DNA of 64,000 nt, from assembly GCF_044324875.1 (NCBI RefSeq), contig NZ_CP172185.1. The stretch is one strand, 5' to 3'. Position 1 is the stretch's first letter; the number at the start of each line of letters is the position of its first letter. A model generated the notes under the pieces. The model saw nothing but the letters and a program-made list of their open reading frames with translations, ran no database searches and had not been told where the DNA came from. Origin of the DNA: Escherichia coli (lineage in GTDB: Bacteria > Pseudomonadota > Gammaproteobacteria > Enterobacterales > Enterobacteriaceae). Below are positions 1 through 9,997 of the stretch, in pieces. Both the position numbers and the translations under genes were made by a program.

Positions 1-1725
<1,725 letters not shown>

Positions 1726-1793
1726 GTCTGAATCCGGCCGACCCAAAATTTTCCCCCAAGCTTCTCCCGGTATCTTTTAAGAGTATTGATTAC

Positions 1794-3002
1794 ATGAACG
1801 ACACCGTTTTAAACGTAATCCCGGTGCCTGTACGCACTTGGGTGGCTATAGCAGCGCTCGGTATCAGTGCATTTTCGATTGTGACCAGCGAGCTTGCGCC
1901 TGTTGGCATGCTTAGTATGCTAGCAAAGGACCTGAACCAGACTGAATCGGACACGGACCTTGTCGTGACTGCATACGGCTGGGTTGGGGCTCTGGCAGCA
2001 CTTTTGTCTGGATTGATACCAGCGAGAATTTCACGTAAGTCTTTGTTAGTGACTCTTATGGTAGTGTTTGCTTTGTCTTGTGTGGCGGCGACACAGTCAT
2101 CACTCGATGACCCTATTTATGGGGGCGCGTATGACAGGCGCTTTAGCACATGGTGCTTTCTGGGCTTTGATTGGAGCAGTGGCTTCACAGCTTGTTCCGG
2201 CTGAAAAACTAGGACTGGCCACCTCAGTTATTTTTGGCGGCGTTTCGGCTGCCAGCGTTCTGGGTGTGCCACTGTCGAGTTTTATTGCGGATATGGCCGG
2301 GTGGCGGAGTGCGTTTACGGCGATTTCTCTGCTGTCACTTGCCGCCGCCTGTGCTCTATTCTGGACGCTCCCCACACTGACGGTGCCACAACCACTGAGG
2401 CTGCGTGTTTACTACGGGATATTCAAAAACCCGGTGCTCCTTTCCCTCTATGGTGCCACTGCCTGTATTATTTCGGCTCATTTTGCGGCATTCACTTACC
2501 TCCAACCACTACTGACGAAGACTCAGGAAGTACCGACGGCTTCGATTTCTGGCCTACTGCTGATGTCCGGGCTCTCCGGTCTGGCCGGAAATATCATTGC
2601 CGGAAAGCTGATCGACCGTCATATCAAAGGGCTGATTTTCGCTTCACTGCTCCTGAGCGCAGGTGCGCTCGGCATACTTGGTATGAGGAGCGCTGCACCA
2701 CTGCCTTTCTGGTTCACAGGCATACTGCTCGCAGTTTGGGGCGCGGGTATCGCCATTGTATTCGTTGGGTTGCAGACAGGTTGCTCCGTAGCGCCGGGGA
2801 TGCTGTACAACCGGCGTCAGCCATTTACGTTACAATTTTTAACGCAGCGATCGGCACCGGTGCGCTTGTGGGAGGCCAGGTATTAGCCGTAAAAGGTATT
2901 CAGGGTATGGCCTTACTTGCTGCGGGCATCATTGCATGCAGCATAGCTCTGGTCGCAATGCTGAAAAGCCCCGCGAATAAGCTCAGGCCTGAAAGGTCGT
3001 GA
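1794..3002 (+). pseudogene. MFS transporter (12-TM efflux-type), disrupted by at least two frameshifts
   Basis: Three overlapping track ORFs (1722-2204, 2068-2886, 2301-3002) each carry consecutive pieces of one MFS protein. The sensible sequence switches frame near 2100 and near 2790-2820. Confidence 0.8.
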
Positions 3003-3370
3003 CGAATTCAAAAACGCATTAACCGACAGTAATTAAATGAGAGGGACGTGTCAGAAGAGGCTTCCCCTTATTTTATACGTCCAGTTCGGTAAAGAGTATT
3101 AGCCCACAGGACGAGGCTTATCCGAAACTACAACTCTGAAGGATTTAGTTAATCGCTTTAGAATTTCCAACTTCCGTTCCTCGCTCACAGCAGACCTTAA
3201 GATCTAGGAGGGAGTCCGCTCAGTGCCATGGGCGGACCTTAAGCTTCAGTAATTTGATTAGCACAATCCCTATGATAAATAGACTGGCCCCCTGAATCTC
3301 CAGACAACCAGTATCACTTAAATAAGTGATAGTCTTAATACTAGTTTTTAGACTAGTCATTGGAGAACAG

Positions 3371-3736
3371 ATGATTGATGTCTTAGGGCCGGAGAAACGC
3401 AGACGGCGTACCACACAGGAAAAGATCGCAATTGTTCAGCAGAGCTTTGAACCGGGGATGACGGTCTCCCTCGTTGCCCGGCAACATGGTGTAGCAGCCA
3501 GCCAGTTATTTCTCTGGCGTAAGCAATACCAGGAAGGAAGTCTTACTGCTGTCGCCGCCGGAGAACAGGTTGTTCCTGCCTCTGAACTTGCTGCCGCCAT
3601 GAAGCAGATTAAAGAACTCCAGCGCCTGCTCGGCAAGAAAACGATGGAAAATGAACTCCTCAAAGAAGCCGTTGAATATGGACGGGCAAAAAAGTGGATA
3701 GCGCACGCGCCCTTATTGCCCGGGGATGGGGAGTAA
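3371..3736 (+). CDS. insC: IS2 OrfA (InsC) HTH protein
   Basis: [41 protein letters not shown]... 121 aa. The start is taken at the ATG at 3371 rather than the longer track ORF. Confidence 0.9.
3688..3694 (+). promoter_or_regulatory. A6G slippery heptamer for programmed -1 frameshift (OrfA-OrfB fusion)
   Basis: aaaaaag lies in the orfA/orfB overlap, which is the known IS2/IS3-family mechanism. Confidence 0.7.
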
Positions 3737-4599
3737 GCTTAGTCAGCCGTTGTCTCCGGGTCTCACGTGCGCAACTGCATGCCATGGCCCGTCGGTCGAA
3801 GGACTGGCAGGATCGTCGGTGCAAGCGCAAGCCTGATGATACTGACGCGCTGGCCCGTATCCATACCGTTATCGGCGATCTGCCCACCTATGGTTATCGT
3901 CGGGTATGGGCACTGCTGCGCAGACAATCAGAAACTGACGACATGGCGGTGATCAATGCCAAACGCGTATACCGCATCATGCGTCAGAATGCGCTGCTGC
4001 TTGAGCGTAAACCGGAAATACCGCCATCGAAGCGGGCGCATACAGGGAAAGTGGCCGTTGGAGAAAGTAACCAGCGGTGGTGCTCTGACGGCTTCGAGTT
4101 CAGCTGTGATAACGGTGAAAAACTGCGGGTCACGTTCGCTCTGGACTGTTGCGATCGCGAGGCACTTTACTGGGCGGCCAGTAACGGTGGATATGACAGT
4201 GAAACCGTGCAGGACGTCATGCTGGGTGCCGTGGAGCGTCGTTTCGGTAACAGCCTGCCGACATCCCCAGTTGAGTGGCTGACAGACAACGGTTCAGCCT
4301 ACCGTTCTTATCAGACGCGTCAGTTCGCCAGAATGGTAGGACTGGAGCCTAAACATACGGCGGTACGTAGCCCGGAAAGCAACGGGATGGCAGAGAGCTT
4401 CGTGAAAACGATGAAGCGCGATTACATCAGCATCATGCCGAAACCCGACGGGTTAACAGCGGTAAAGAACCTTGCGGAGGCCTTCGAACATTACAACGAA
4501 TGGCATCCGCATAGTGCACTGGGGTATCGTTCGCCACGGGAATATCTGCGGCGGCGAACCAGTAATGGGTTAAGTGATAAAAAGTGTATGGAAATATAG
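3694..4599 (+). CDS. insD: IS2-like OrfB (InsD) DDE transposase, 301 aa
   Basis: The track ORF is collinear with IS2 InsD but has many substitutions after about residue 30. The DDE/rve core is present (LTDNGS...SPESNG). Confidence 0.9.
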
Positions 4600-4610
4600 G
4601 GGCCAATCCA

Positions 4611-4996
4611 ATTGCACTGTTTCGAGGCTATCCGGCGACGATAAGAACTGACCAGGGGCCGGAGTTCACTTGCCGTGCACTGGATCAATGGGCCTTTGAG
4701 CATGGTGTTGAGTTGCGCTTAATCCAGCCGGGCAAGCCAACGCAGAACGGATTTATTGAGAGCTTTAACGGACGATTTCGCGATGAATGTTTGAATGAGC
4801 TCTGGTTCAGCGATATCGTTCATGCCAGGAAAATTATTAATGACTGGCGGCAGGATTATAACGAATGCCGCCCGCACTCCACGCTGAATTATCAGACACT
4901 GTCTGAATTTGCAGCGGGCTGGAGAAAGGGTCATTCTGAGAATGAAGATTCCGACGTTACTAACTGAGTGTTGTATCTAATCGTGGGGGCAGGTCA
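4611..4996 (+). mobile_element. 3' fragment of a second IS3-family element (transposase C-terminus plus right end)
   Basis: The frame 4611-4967 reads ...[54 protein letters not shown]...[10 protein letters not shown], an OrfB C-terminus. The end ...cgtgggggcaggtca resembles IS3-type right termini (TG...CA). The 5' part is missing at the IS2-like junction. Confidence 0.8.
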
Positions 4997-5646
4997 CAGC
5001 TATACGGACACGGTCAAATAGAGCACTTGCTATAACTGATCTTAAACATCCTAAATTTGATGTTAGAGTTCAGATACATAGTTCTGCCGCAAGGTATGCA
5101 GATAAGTTAGCTGCTGAAATAGTTTCAGCATATTATGATAACTCTGAGCTGGCATATGAAAGCGATTCTCCGTTTCAATTTGGTGTTATTCGAGTTCCTC
5201 GTAACGCTACTCACTTTGAGCATTCATTATATGAAAAGTACTCAGGACTTAATAAGTTCGAGGCTCCTTTTGCTGAGGCTTTAGATAGGTCTGGTTACCC
5301 TTGGCACAGAAACCTGAGCAGTGGCGGTTTTCATATCCCACTATTGACAGAGGGTGATACAAGCTCATTTTATCCAGACTTTTTAGTATGGAAGTCAGAC
5401 CTTGTCTATTGCCTTGATACCAAGGGGGGCCATCTATTGACTGCTGCCGTAGCGCGCAAGCTTTTTAATATTCATGAAGATGGTCGGAGTAAGATTCTAG
5501 TGAGATTTATCACAGAAGGAAAGCAGACAGAGCTGCGCGGCAAAGCAACAAAGGGAGGATATACTGTATGGAAAATGAAATCTGGGCATCCTACCCCAAT
5601 TTATGTGGCGGATTTAGACAAAGCTGTTAGGGAATGTCTAAAATAG
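4997..5646 (+). pseudogene. 5'-truncated gene; retained C-terminus has a PD-(D/E)xK-like nuclease motif (restriction/helicase-nuclease type)
   Basis: The frame is open from the IS3-family end at 4997 (about 216 codons, no start). The C-terminal motif is FYPDFLVWKSDLVYCLDTKGGHL. The track shows only the last 100 aa (5344-5646). Confidence 0.5.
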
Positions 5647-5746
5647 CGAAGCCATAGCATAGAATTTTTAATGGCATTATGATCAGGACATAAAGGACTT
5701 CATGCAGGGAAAAAATATCCCAAAAGAAACTGGTCATGTCAGCACA

Positions 5747-5780
5747 CCAAAGGATCCTCGCCGGATCCTTTGGTTTTTCT
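5747..5780 (+). terminator. Rho-independent terminator hairpin
   Basis: An 11-bp perfect stem ccaaaggatcc / ggatcctttgg with loop tcgcc, followed by tttttct. Confidence 0.65.
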
Positions 5781-5792
5781 CAGCCACAATCG

Positions 5793-5830
5793 CTTAACGT
5801 GAGTTTTCGTTCCACTGAGCGTCAGACCCC
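5793..5830. repeat. Solo 38-bp Tn3-type terminal inverted repeat
   Basis: cttaacgtgagttttcgttccactgagcgtcagacccc is the exact reverse complement of the Tn3 IR GGGGTCTGACGCTCAGTGGAACGAAAACTCACGTTAAG. The outer (GGGG) end faces right, towards fosR. No partner IR was seen in the window. Confidence 0.85.
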
Positions 5831-5905
5831 TATAAACACCTTAGTGAAGTCATCCTCGCAGGTAAGGCAACACATCCGTAAGGTATTTGGCCAAATCAAA
5901 TACAA

Positions 5906-6901
5906 CTAGATTGACTCGCGGGGAAGCCAGGGACTCTCAACTATCACTTTATCCCGGTGGGTGTCACCATTGATAATGTGCAGTGTACTTAAGCGCCCAA
6001 TTTCATAATGCGGTAGCTGGACCGTGGATAATGGGGGTAAAAATAAGTTTCCAATGCCTACAAGATTGTCATAGCCAAGAACGGCAATATCCTGTGGGAT
6101 TCTGATACCCTGCGTTAACAATGTTTGATACACCATAAATGCAATACGATCGTTACCACAGATGACCGAATCAAATCGCGGTTTCCCCTGTTCGATATGC
6201 GCCAGCAACATCTCCGGAATATCTCGGTAGTGCTCATCGCCGAATTGCATATAGCAGTGCTCAAGCGTATCAGGATCGATACTGGCTTCCCTGCAGGCGC
6301 GATCAAGCCCACGACGACGACGACGCGTCGCCAGATGGTTGACGGGTAAATGCAGGCATAGAGGGCGGCTGTATCCTGCTGCCAGCAGTGCCTGTACGGC
6401 CGTATACTGGCCATGTTCATCGTCAGGTATATAGCTGGCAACCGGCTCTCCCTTGTTCTCGCAGTTGGCCAGAACGCAAGGAAGCTCCAGTAACCGGGGA
6501 GGAATACTGACTTCACGCAGCCCCATGGTAGTAAAAATGATCCCCCCGGGTCGATGGGCGAGCAGCAGGTCGACAATATCGTCAGGATTATCATCGGTAA
6601 ACATATTCACCACAAAGCTGTTCCAGCCATACGCCCGCGCGGTTTCTTCAATAGACAGCGTGATTTCTACTGAAAAAGGAGTGGTGACCGTATCCAGCGC
6701 AAGCACACCAATCGTTTTGTTCCGGGTGCCAACACGACGAATCTGCTGGGCAGAAAGGTCTGGCACATAATTTAACTGCGTGATCGCCTCCTGCACCCGA
6801 GCCAGAGTCTCAGGCTTTACGCGTTTCGGGTCATTCAGCACCCGTGAAACCGTCATGAGCGATACATTGGCCAGTTTGGCCACATCCTTTAAAGACGCCA
6901 T
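5906..6901 (-). CDS. fosR: LacI/GalR-family repressor of the fos locus
   Basis: 331 aa with an N-terminal HTH (MASLKDVAKLANVSLMTVSRVLN) and a periplasmic-binding-protein-like core. It is divergent from the fos operon. Confidence 0.85.
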   Translation of the reverse strand: MASLKDVAKLANVSLMTVSRVLNDPKRVKPETLARVQEAITQLNYVPDLSAQQIRRVGTRNKTIGVLALDTVTTPFSVEITLSIEETARAYGWNSFVVNMFTDDNPDDIVDLLLAHRPGGIIFTTMGLREVSIPPRLLELPCVLANCENKGEPVASYIPDDEHGQYTAVQALLAAGYSRPLCLHLPVNHLATRRRRRGLDRACREASIDPDTLEHCYMQFGDEHYRDIPEMLLAHIEQGKPRFDSVICGNDRIAFMVYQTLLTQGIRIPQDIAVLGYDNLVGIGNLFLPPLSTVQLPHYEIGRLSTLHIINGDTHRDKVIVESPWLPRESI

Positions 6902-7007
6902 AGTTTTCCATTATCTGAATGCATACACCCGGTAAGGTGTTGTGAGCAAATGCGAATGCCCTATTCTAGGCACGGACACCCAGGGTTATGCAGACCACTC
7001 TGATAAA

Positions 7008-7023
7008 TTTGAGCTAGATCTCA
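7008..7023. promoter_or_regulatory. Candidate CRP site (TTTGA-N6-TCTCA)
   Basis: tttgagctagatctca matches 4 of 5 positions in each half of TGTGA-N6-TCACA. It lies in the fosR-fosT divergent region. A second half-site, TGTGA-N6-TCGAC, lies at 7049-7064. Confidence 0.4.
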
Positions 7024-7033
7024 ACATTTCAAT

Positions 7034-7045
7034 GTTAACGTTAAC
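7034..7045. promoter_or_regulatory. Candidate LacI-family operator, perfect palindrome
   Basis: gttaacgttaac is a perfect 12-bp palindrome with the central CG typical of LacI/GalR operators. Confidence 0.5.
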
Positions 7046-7095
7046 TTTTGTGATTAACATCGACAAACAAATCAAAATCGAGTGTCCCCCCAAAA

Positions 7096-7109
7096 TGATA
7101 ACGTTACCA
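7096..7109. promoter_or_regulatory. Candidate LacI-family operator, near-perfect palindrome
   Basis: tgataacgttacca is a 14-bp palindrome with one mismatched pair and a central CG, 33 nt upstream of the fosT ATG. Confidence 0.5.
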
Positions 7110-7141
7110 TATTAGCATATCCTTCTTACGAGATTACGTAG

Positions 7142-8380
7142 ATGAAAAAACGGCCTACTCGAAGTTACATGCTGCTCAGCGCTCTGCTGTTCTTTTTCTT
7201 TGTGACCTGGTCCTCATCAAGTTCACTGCTCTCAATCTGGCTTCACCAGGAAGTGGGGCTAAAAGCATCGGAAACCGGCATTATTTTTTCAGTATTATCC
7301 GTCTCCGCGCTCTTCGCGCAGGTCTGTTATGGCTTTATTCAGGACCGACTTGGTCTGCGCAAACATTTGTTATGGTTTATCACCGCGTTGTTGATCCTCT
7401 CCGGCCCGGCTTATCTGCTTTTTAGTTATTTGCTGAGCGTTAATATTCTGCTGGGCAGCGTATTCGGGGGCTTATTTATCGGGCTGACGTTTAATGGGGG
7501 TATCGGCGTTCTGGAGTCCTATACCGAGCGCGTCGCGCGTCAAAGTACCTTTGAGTTTGGGCGGGCACGCATGTGGGGGTCTCTGGGCTGGGCAGTTGCC
7601 ACGTTTTTTGCCGGGTTACTGTTTAATATCAACCCTGACCTTAACTTCCTGGTGGCTTCATGCTCAGGGTTAATCTTCTTCTGCCTCCTGGCCCGATTAA
7701 AGGTGGCCGCGCCGGCAAGCATGGAGAAACTCGAAATTGGCGCTAAAAAAGTTTCTCTGGAAGACGCCCTGCGTCTGCTTACTCTGCCGCGCTTCTGGGC
7801 ACTGATATTCTTCGTGGTCGGAACCTGCATTTACGGCGTATACGATCAGCAATTCCCGGTCTATTTCTCATCACAGTTCCCGACATTACGCGAAGGGAAC
7901 GAGATGTTTGGCTATTTAAACTCTTTCCAGGTCTTTCTCGAGGCCGCAGGTATGTTTTGTGCGCCGTGGCTGGTTAATCGCATTGGTGCTAAAAATGGTC
8001 TGATATTCGCAGGAATGGTGATGGCGCTGCGCATGATTACTTCAGGGCTGGTGGAAGGCCCCCTGCTTATCTCCATTACCAAACTGCTTCACGCGGTCGA
8101 ACTGCCAATATTGTTAGTCGCCATATTTAAATACAACAGTCTGAATTTCGACAAACGTCTCTCCTCCACCATTTATCTGGTGGGATTTGCCTGCACCAGC
8201 TCCGTCATTGGTACCGTATTGTCCCCGCTGGCAGGCTTTAGCTATGAGAGATTTGGCTTCGCCCAATCCTATCTGATCATGGGCATCATGGTGTTCAGCA
8301 CCACGTTTATTTCCATTTTCCTTTTGCGCTCAACTAAATCCTCATCTGAGCCATCTTTTCTGCAGCAAAAAGCTGTGTAA
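7142..8380 (+). CDS. fosT: Oligosaccharide:H+ symporter (LacY/CscB-type MFS)
   Basis: 412 aa, 12-TM, resembles LacY/CscB/RafB. It is the first gene of the operon. Confidence 0.85.
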   Translation: MKKRPTRSYMLLSALLFFFFVTWSSSSSLLSIWLHQEVGLKASETGIIFSVLSVSALFAQVCYGFIQDRLGLRKHLLWFITALLILSGPAYLLFSYLLSVNILLGSVFGGLFIGLTFNGGIGVLESYTERVARQSTFEFGRARMWGSLGWAVATFFAGLLFNINPDLNFLVASCSGLIFFCLLARLKVAAPASMEKLEIGAKKVSLEDALRLLTLPRFWALIFFVVGTCIYGVYDQQFPVYFSSQFPTLREGNEMFGYLNSFQVFLEAAGMFCAPWLVNRIGAKNGLIFAGMVMALRMITSGLVEGPLLISITKLLHAVELPILLVAIFKYNSLNFDKRLSSTIYLVGFACTSSVIGTVLSPLAGFSYERFGFAQSYLIMGIMVFSTTFISIFLLRSTKSSSEPSFLQQKAV

Positions 8381-8399
8381 TGTACTGAGAATAAAGACG

Positions 8400-9833
8400 A
8401 TGACATCCTTATTAGAACAGGCTGAACAGGTGCTTGAAAAAGCACAATCCGGGATTAATCCGCGCTGGTATCCGCGCTATCACCTCGCCCCTCGCGCAGG
8501 CTGGATGAATGATCCTAATGGCCTGGTATGGTTTGACGGCTGGTATCACGCCTTTTATCAACACCATCCCTACTCCCCGAAATGGGGTCCGATGCACTGG
8601 GGGCACGCCCGAAGCAAAGATCTGGTGCATTGGGAACATTTGCCCGTCGCGCTAGCGCCGGAAGGCCCGGCGGACAAAGACGGCTGTTTCTCAGGTTCCG
8701 CCGTGGTGGACGGCGATACGCTGGCGCTCATCTATACCGGACATAAATTTCACGGCCCGTCGGACACTGACGACAACCTCTACCAGGTGCAGTGTCTGGC
8801 GACCAGTCGTGACGGCATCCATTTTGAACGGCACGGCAAGGTGATTGATACACCGCCCGGACTGCATCACTTTCGCGATCCGAAGGTGTGGCGCGAAGGT
8901 GAGTTCTGGTACATGGTTGTCGGTTCCCGCGTGGAAAATACCGGTCAGGTGCGCCTGTACCGTTCCACCGATCTCCGCGAATGGCATGACGAAGGTATTT
9001 TCGCCGAGGCTGATGAAGGCAAGGGCTTTATGTGGGAATGCCCGGATTTCTTCCCCCTGGGAGAGAAGCGTGTCCTGATGTTCTCGCCGCAGGGCATGGC
9101 GGCGGAAGGGTATCACTATCGCAACCTGTTCCAGAGCGGTTATTTACTTGGGGACTGGCAGCCAGGTCAACCGTTCACCCACAGCGGACAATTTACTGAG
9201 CTGGACCACGGCCACGACTTTTATGCCCCGCAGAGTTTCCTGACCCCGGATGGCCGACGCATTGTCATCGGGTGGCTGGATATGTGGGAATCATCGATGC
9301 CCGAACAGCAGGATGGCTGGGCCGGAATGCTCTCGCTTCCTCGCGAATTAAGCCTTGTCGATGGTCGTGTGAGAATGAAACCTGCTGCCGAAGTGACCGC
9401 GCTGCGTGGCAGCTATTATCCCACGCCCGTCCGCTGTCTGAACAATCAGAACGTCCTTGTCGCGGCAAATGCCGACGCGGTCGAAGTTCAGTTGGCATGG
9501 GATTTGAGCGCATCGACGGCTGAACAGTTTGGTATCGCGTTGGGCGACGGGTTGAGAATTTACGTCGATGATCAGGCTGGGCGTCTGGTGGTGGAGCGCC
9601 GCTATCCGGAATATTCGCTGGAAGGCACTCGCAGTATTCCGCTTCCAGCAGACAGCGTTCTGTCACTGCGAATTTTTATTGACCGCTCATCGGTGGAAGT
9701 TTTTGTTAACGATGGTGACGCTTGCTTAAGCAGTCGTATTTATCCGCAGCCGGGCGAGCGTGATATTTCATTGTTTGCAAATCTGGGGAAGGCCTCATTA
9801 TACGATGCGGGATACTGGTCTTTAGATAAATAA
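8400..9833 (+). CDS. fosGH2: Cytoplasmic GH32 beta-fructofuranosidase
   Basis: 477 aa with no signal peptide. It carries the GH32 motifs WMNDPNG, FRDPKV and WECPDF. Confidence 0.9.
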   Translation: MTSLLEQAEQVLEKAQSGINPRWYPRYHLAPRAGWMNDPNGLVWFDGWYHAFYQHHPYSPKWGPMHWGHARSKDLVHWEHLPVALAPEGPADKDGCFSGSAVVDGDTLALIYTGHKFHGPSDTDDNLYQVQCLATSRDGIHFERHGKVIDTPPGLHHFRDPKVWREGEFWYMVVGSRVENTGQVRLYRSTDLREWHDEGIFAEADEGKGFMWECPDFFPLGEKRVLMFSPQGMAAEGYHYRNLFQSGYLLGDWQPGQPFTHSGQFTELDHGHDFYAPQSFLTPDGRRIVIGWLDMWESSMPEQQDGWAGMLSLPRELSLVDGRVRMKPAAEVTALRGSYYPTPVRCLNNQNVLVAANADAVEVQLAWDLSASTAEQFGIALGDGLRIYVDDQAGRLVVERRYPEYSLEGTRSIPLPADSVLSLRIFIDRSSVEVFVNDGDACLSSRIYPQPGERDISLFANLGKASLYDAGYWSLDK

Positions 9834-9997
9834 TTCTCCGTTCCGACCTGTTTCTTGCAGGGTGAGTTTTTATTTCTGCCAGTCTCTGGCTGGCATGTTA
9901 TTGTCTGGAATAATGAGAGAGCAAAATGGATGAAAGCGTAATACCTCAAAATTGCATTACCTCGAAAGATAAAAATATATTTGTTCCAGGAAAACAG

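Larger units (their letters stand above)
3280..4610 (+). mobile_element. IS2-like element (IS3 family), 1331 bp, complete ends
   Basis: It starts tagactggccccctgaatctccagacaacc... and ends ...ggaaatataggggccaatcca, which are the IS2 termini as I recall them. orfA is IS2-identical and orfB is clearly diverged. Flanking 5-mers differ (ataaa vs attgc), so there is no target-site duplication. Confidence 0.9.

Noticed and set aside
3193-3243. 9-bp direct repeat gaccttaag (3193 and 3235) flanking a gtccgc/gcggac hairpin, with a dense run of 6-cutter sites (AflII, BglII, NcoI, AflII, HindIII)
   Set aside because: I briefly considered an engineered scar or an unknown element end. The sites follow from the repeat itself, there is no vector-like sequence around it, and I cannot link it to any known IS terminus. 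It is left as unexplained non-coding DNA beside the IS2-like element.
6115-6594. 159-aa ORF on the same strand as fosR in another frame, plus plus-strand ORFs 6125-6349 and 6453-6770
   Set aside because: They are fully embedded in the LacI-family coding sequence, with no RBS context and no motifs, so they are shadow ORFs.
9926-9997. Upstream extension of fosX (track ORF starts at 9926)
   Set aside because: The extra 24 residues precede a canonical signal peptide, and the ATG at 9998 has a better-placed AGGA. I kept 9998 as the start, but this is not proven.
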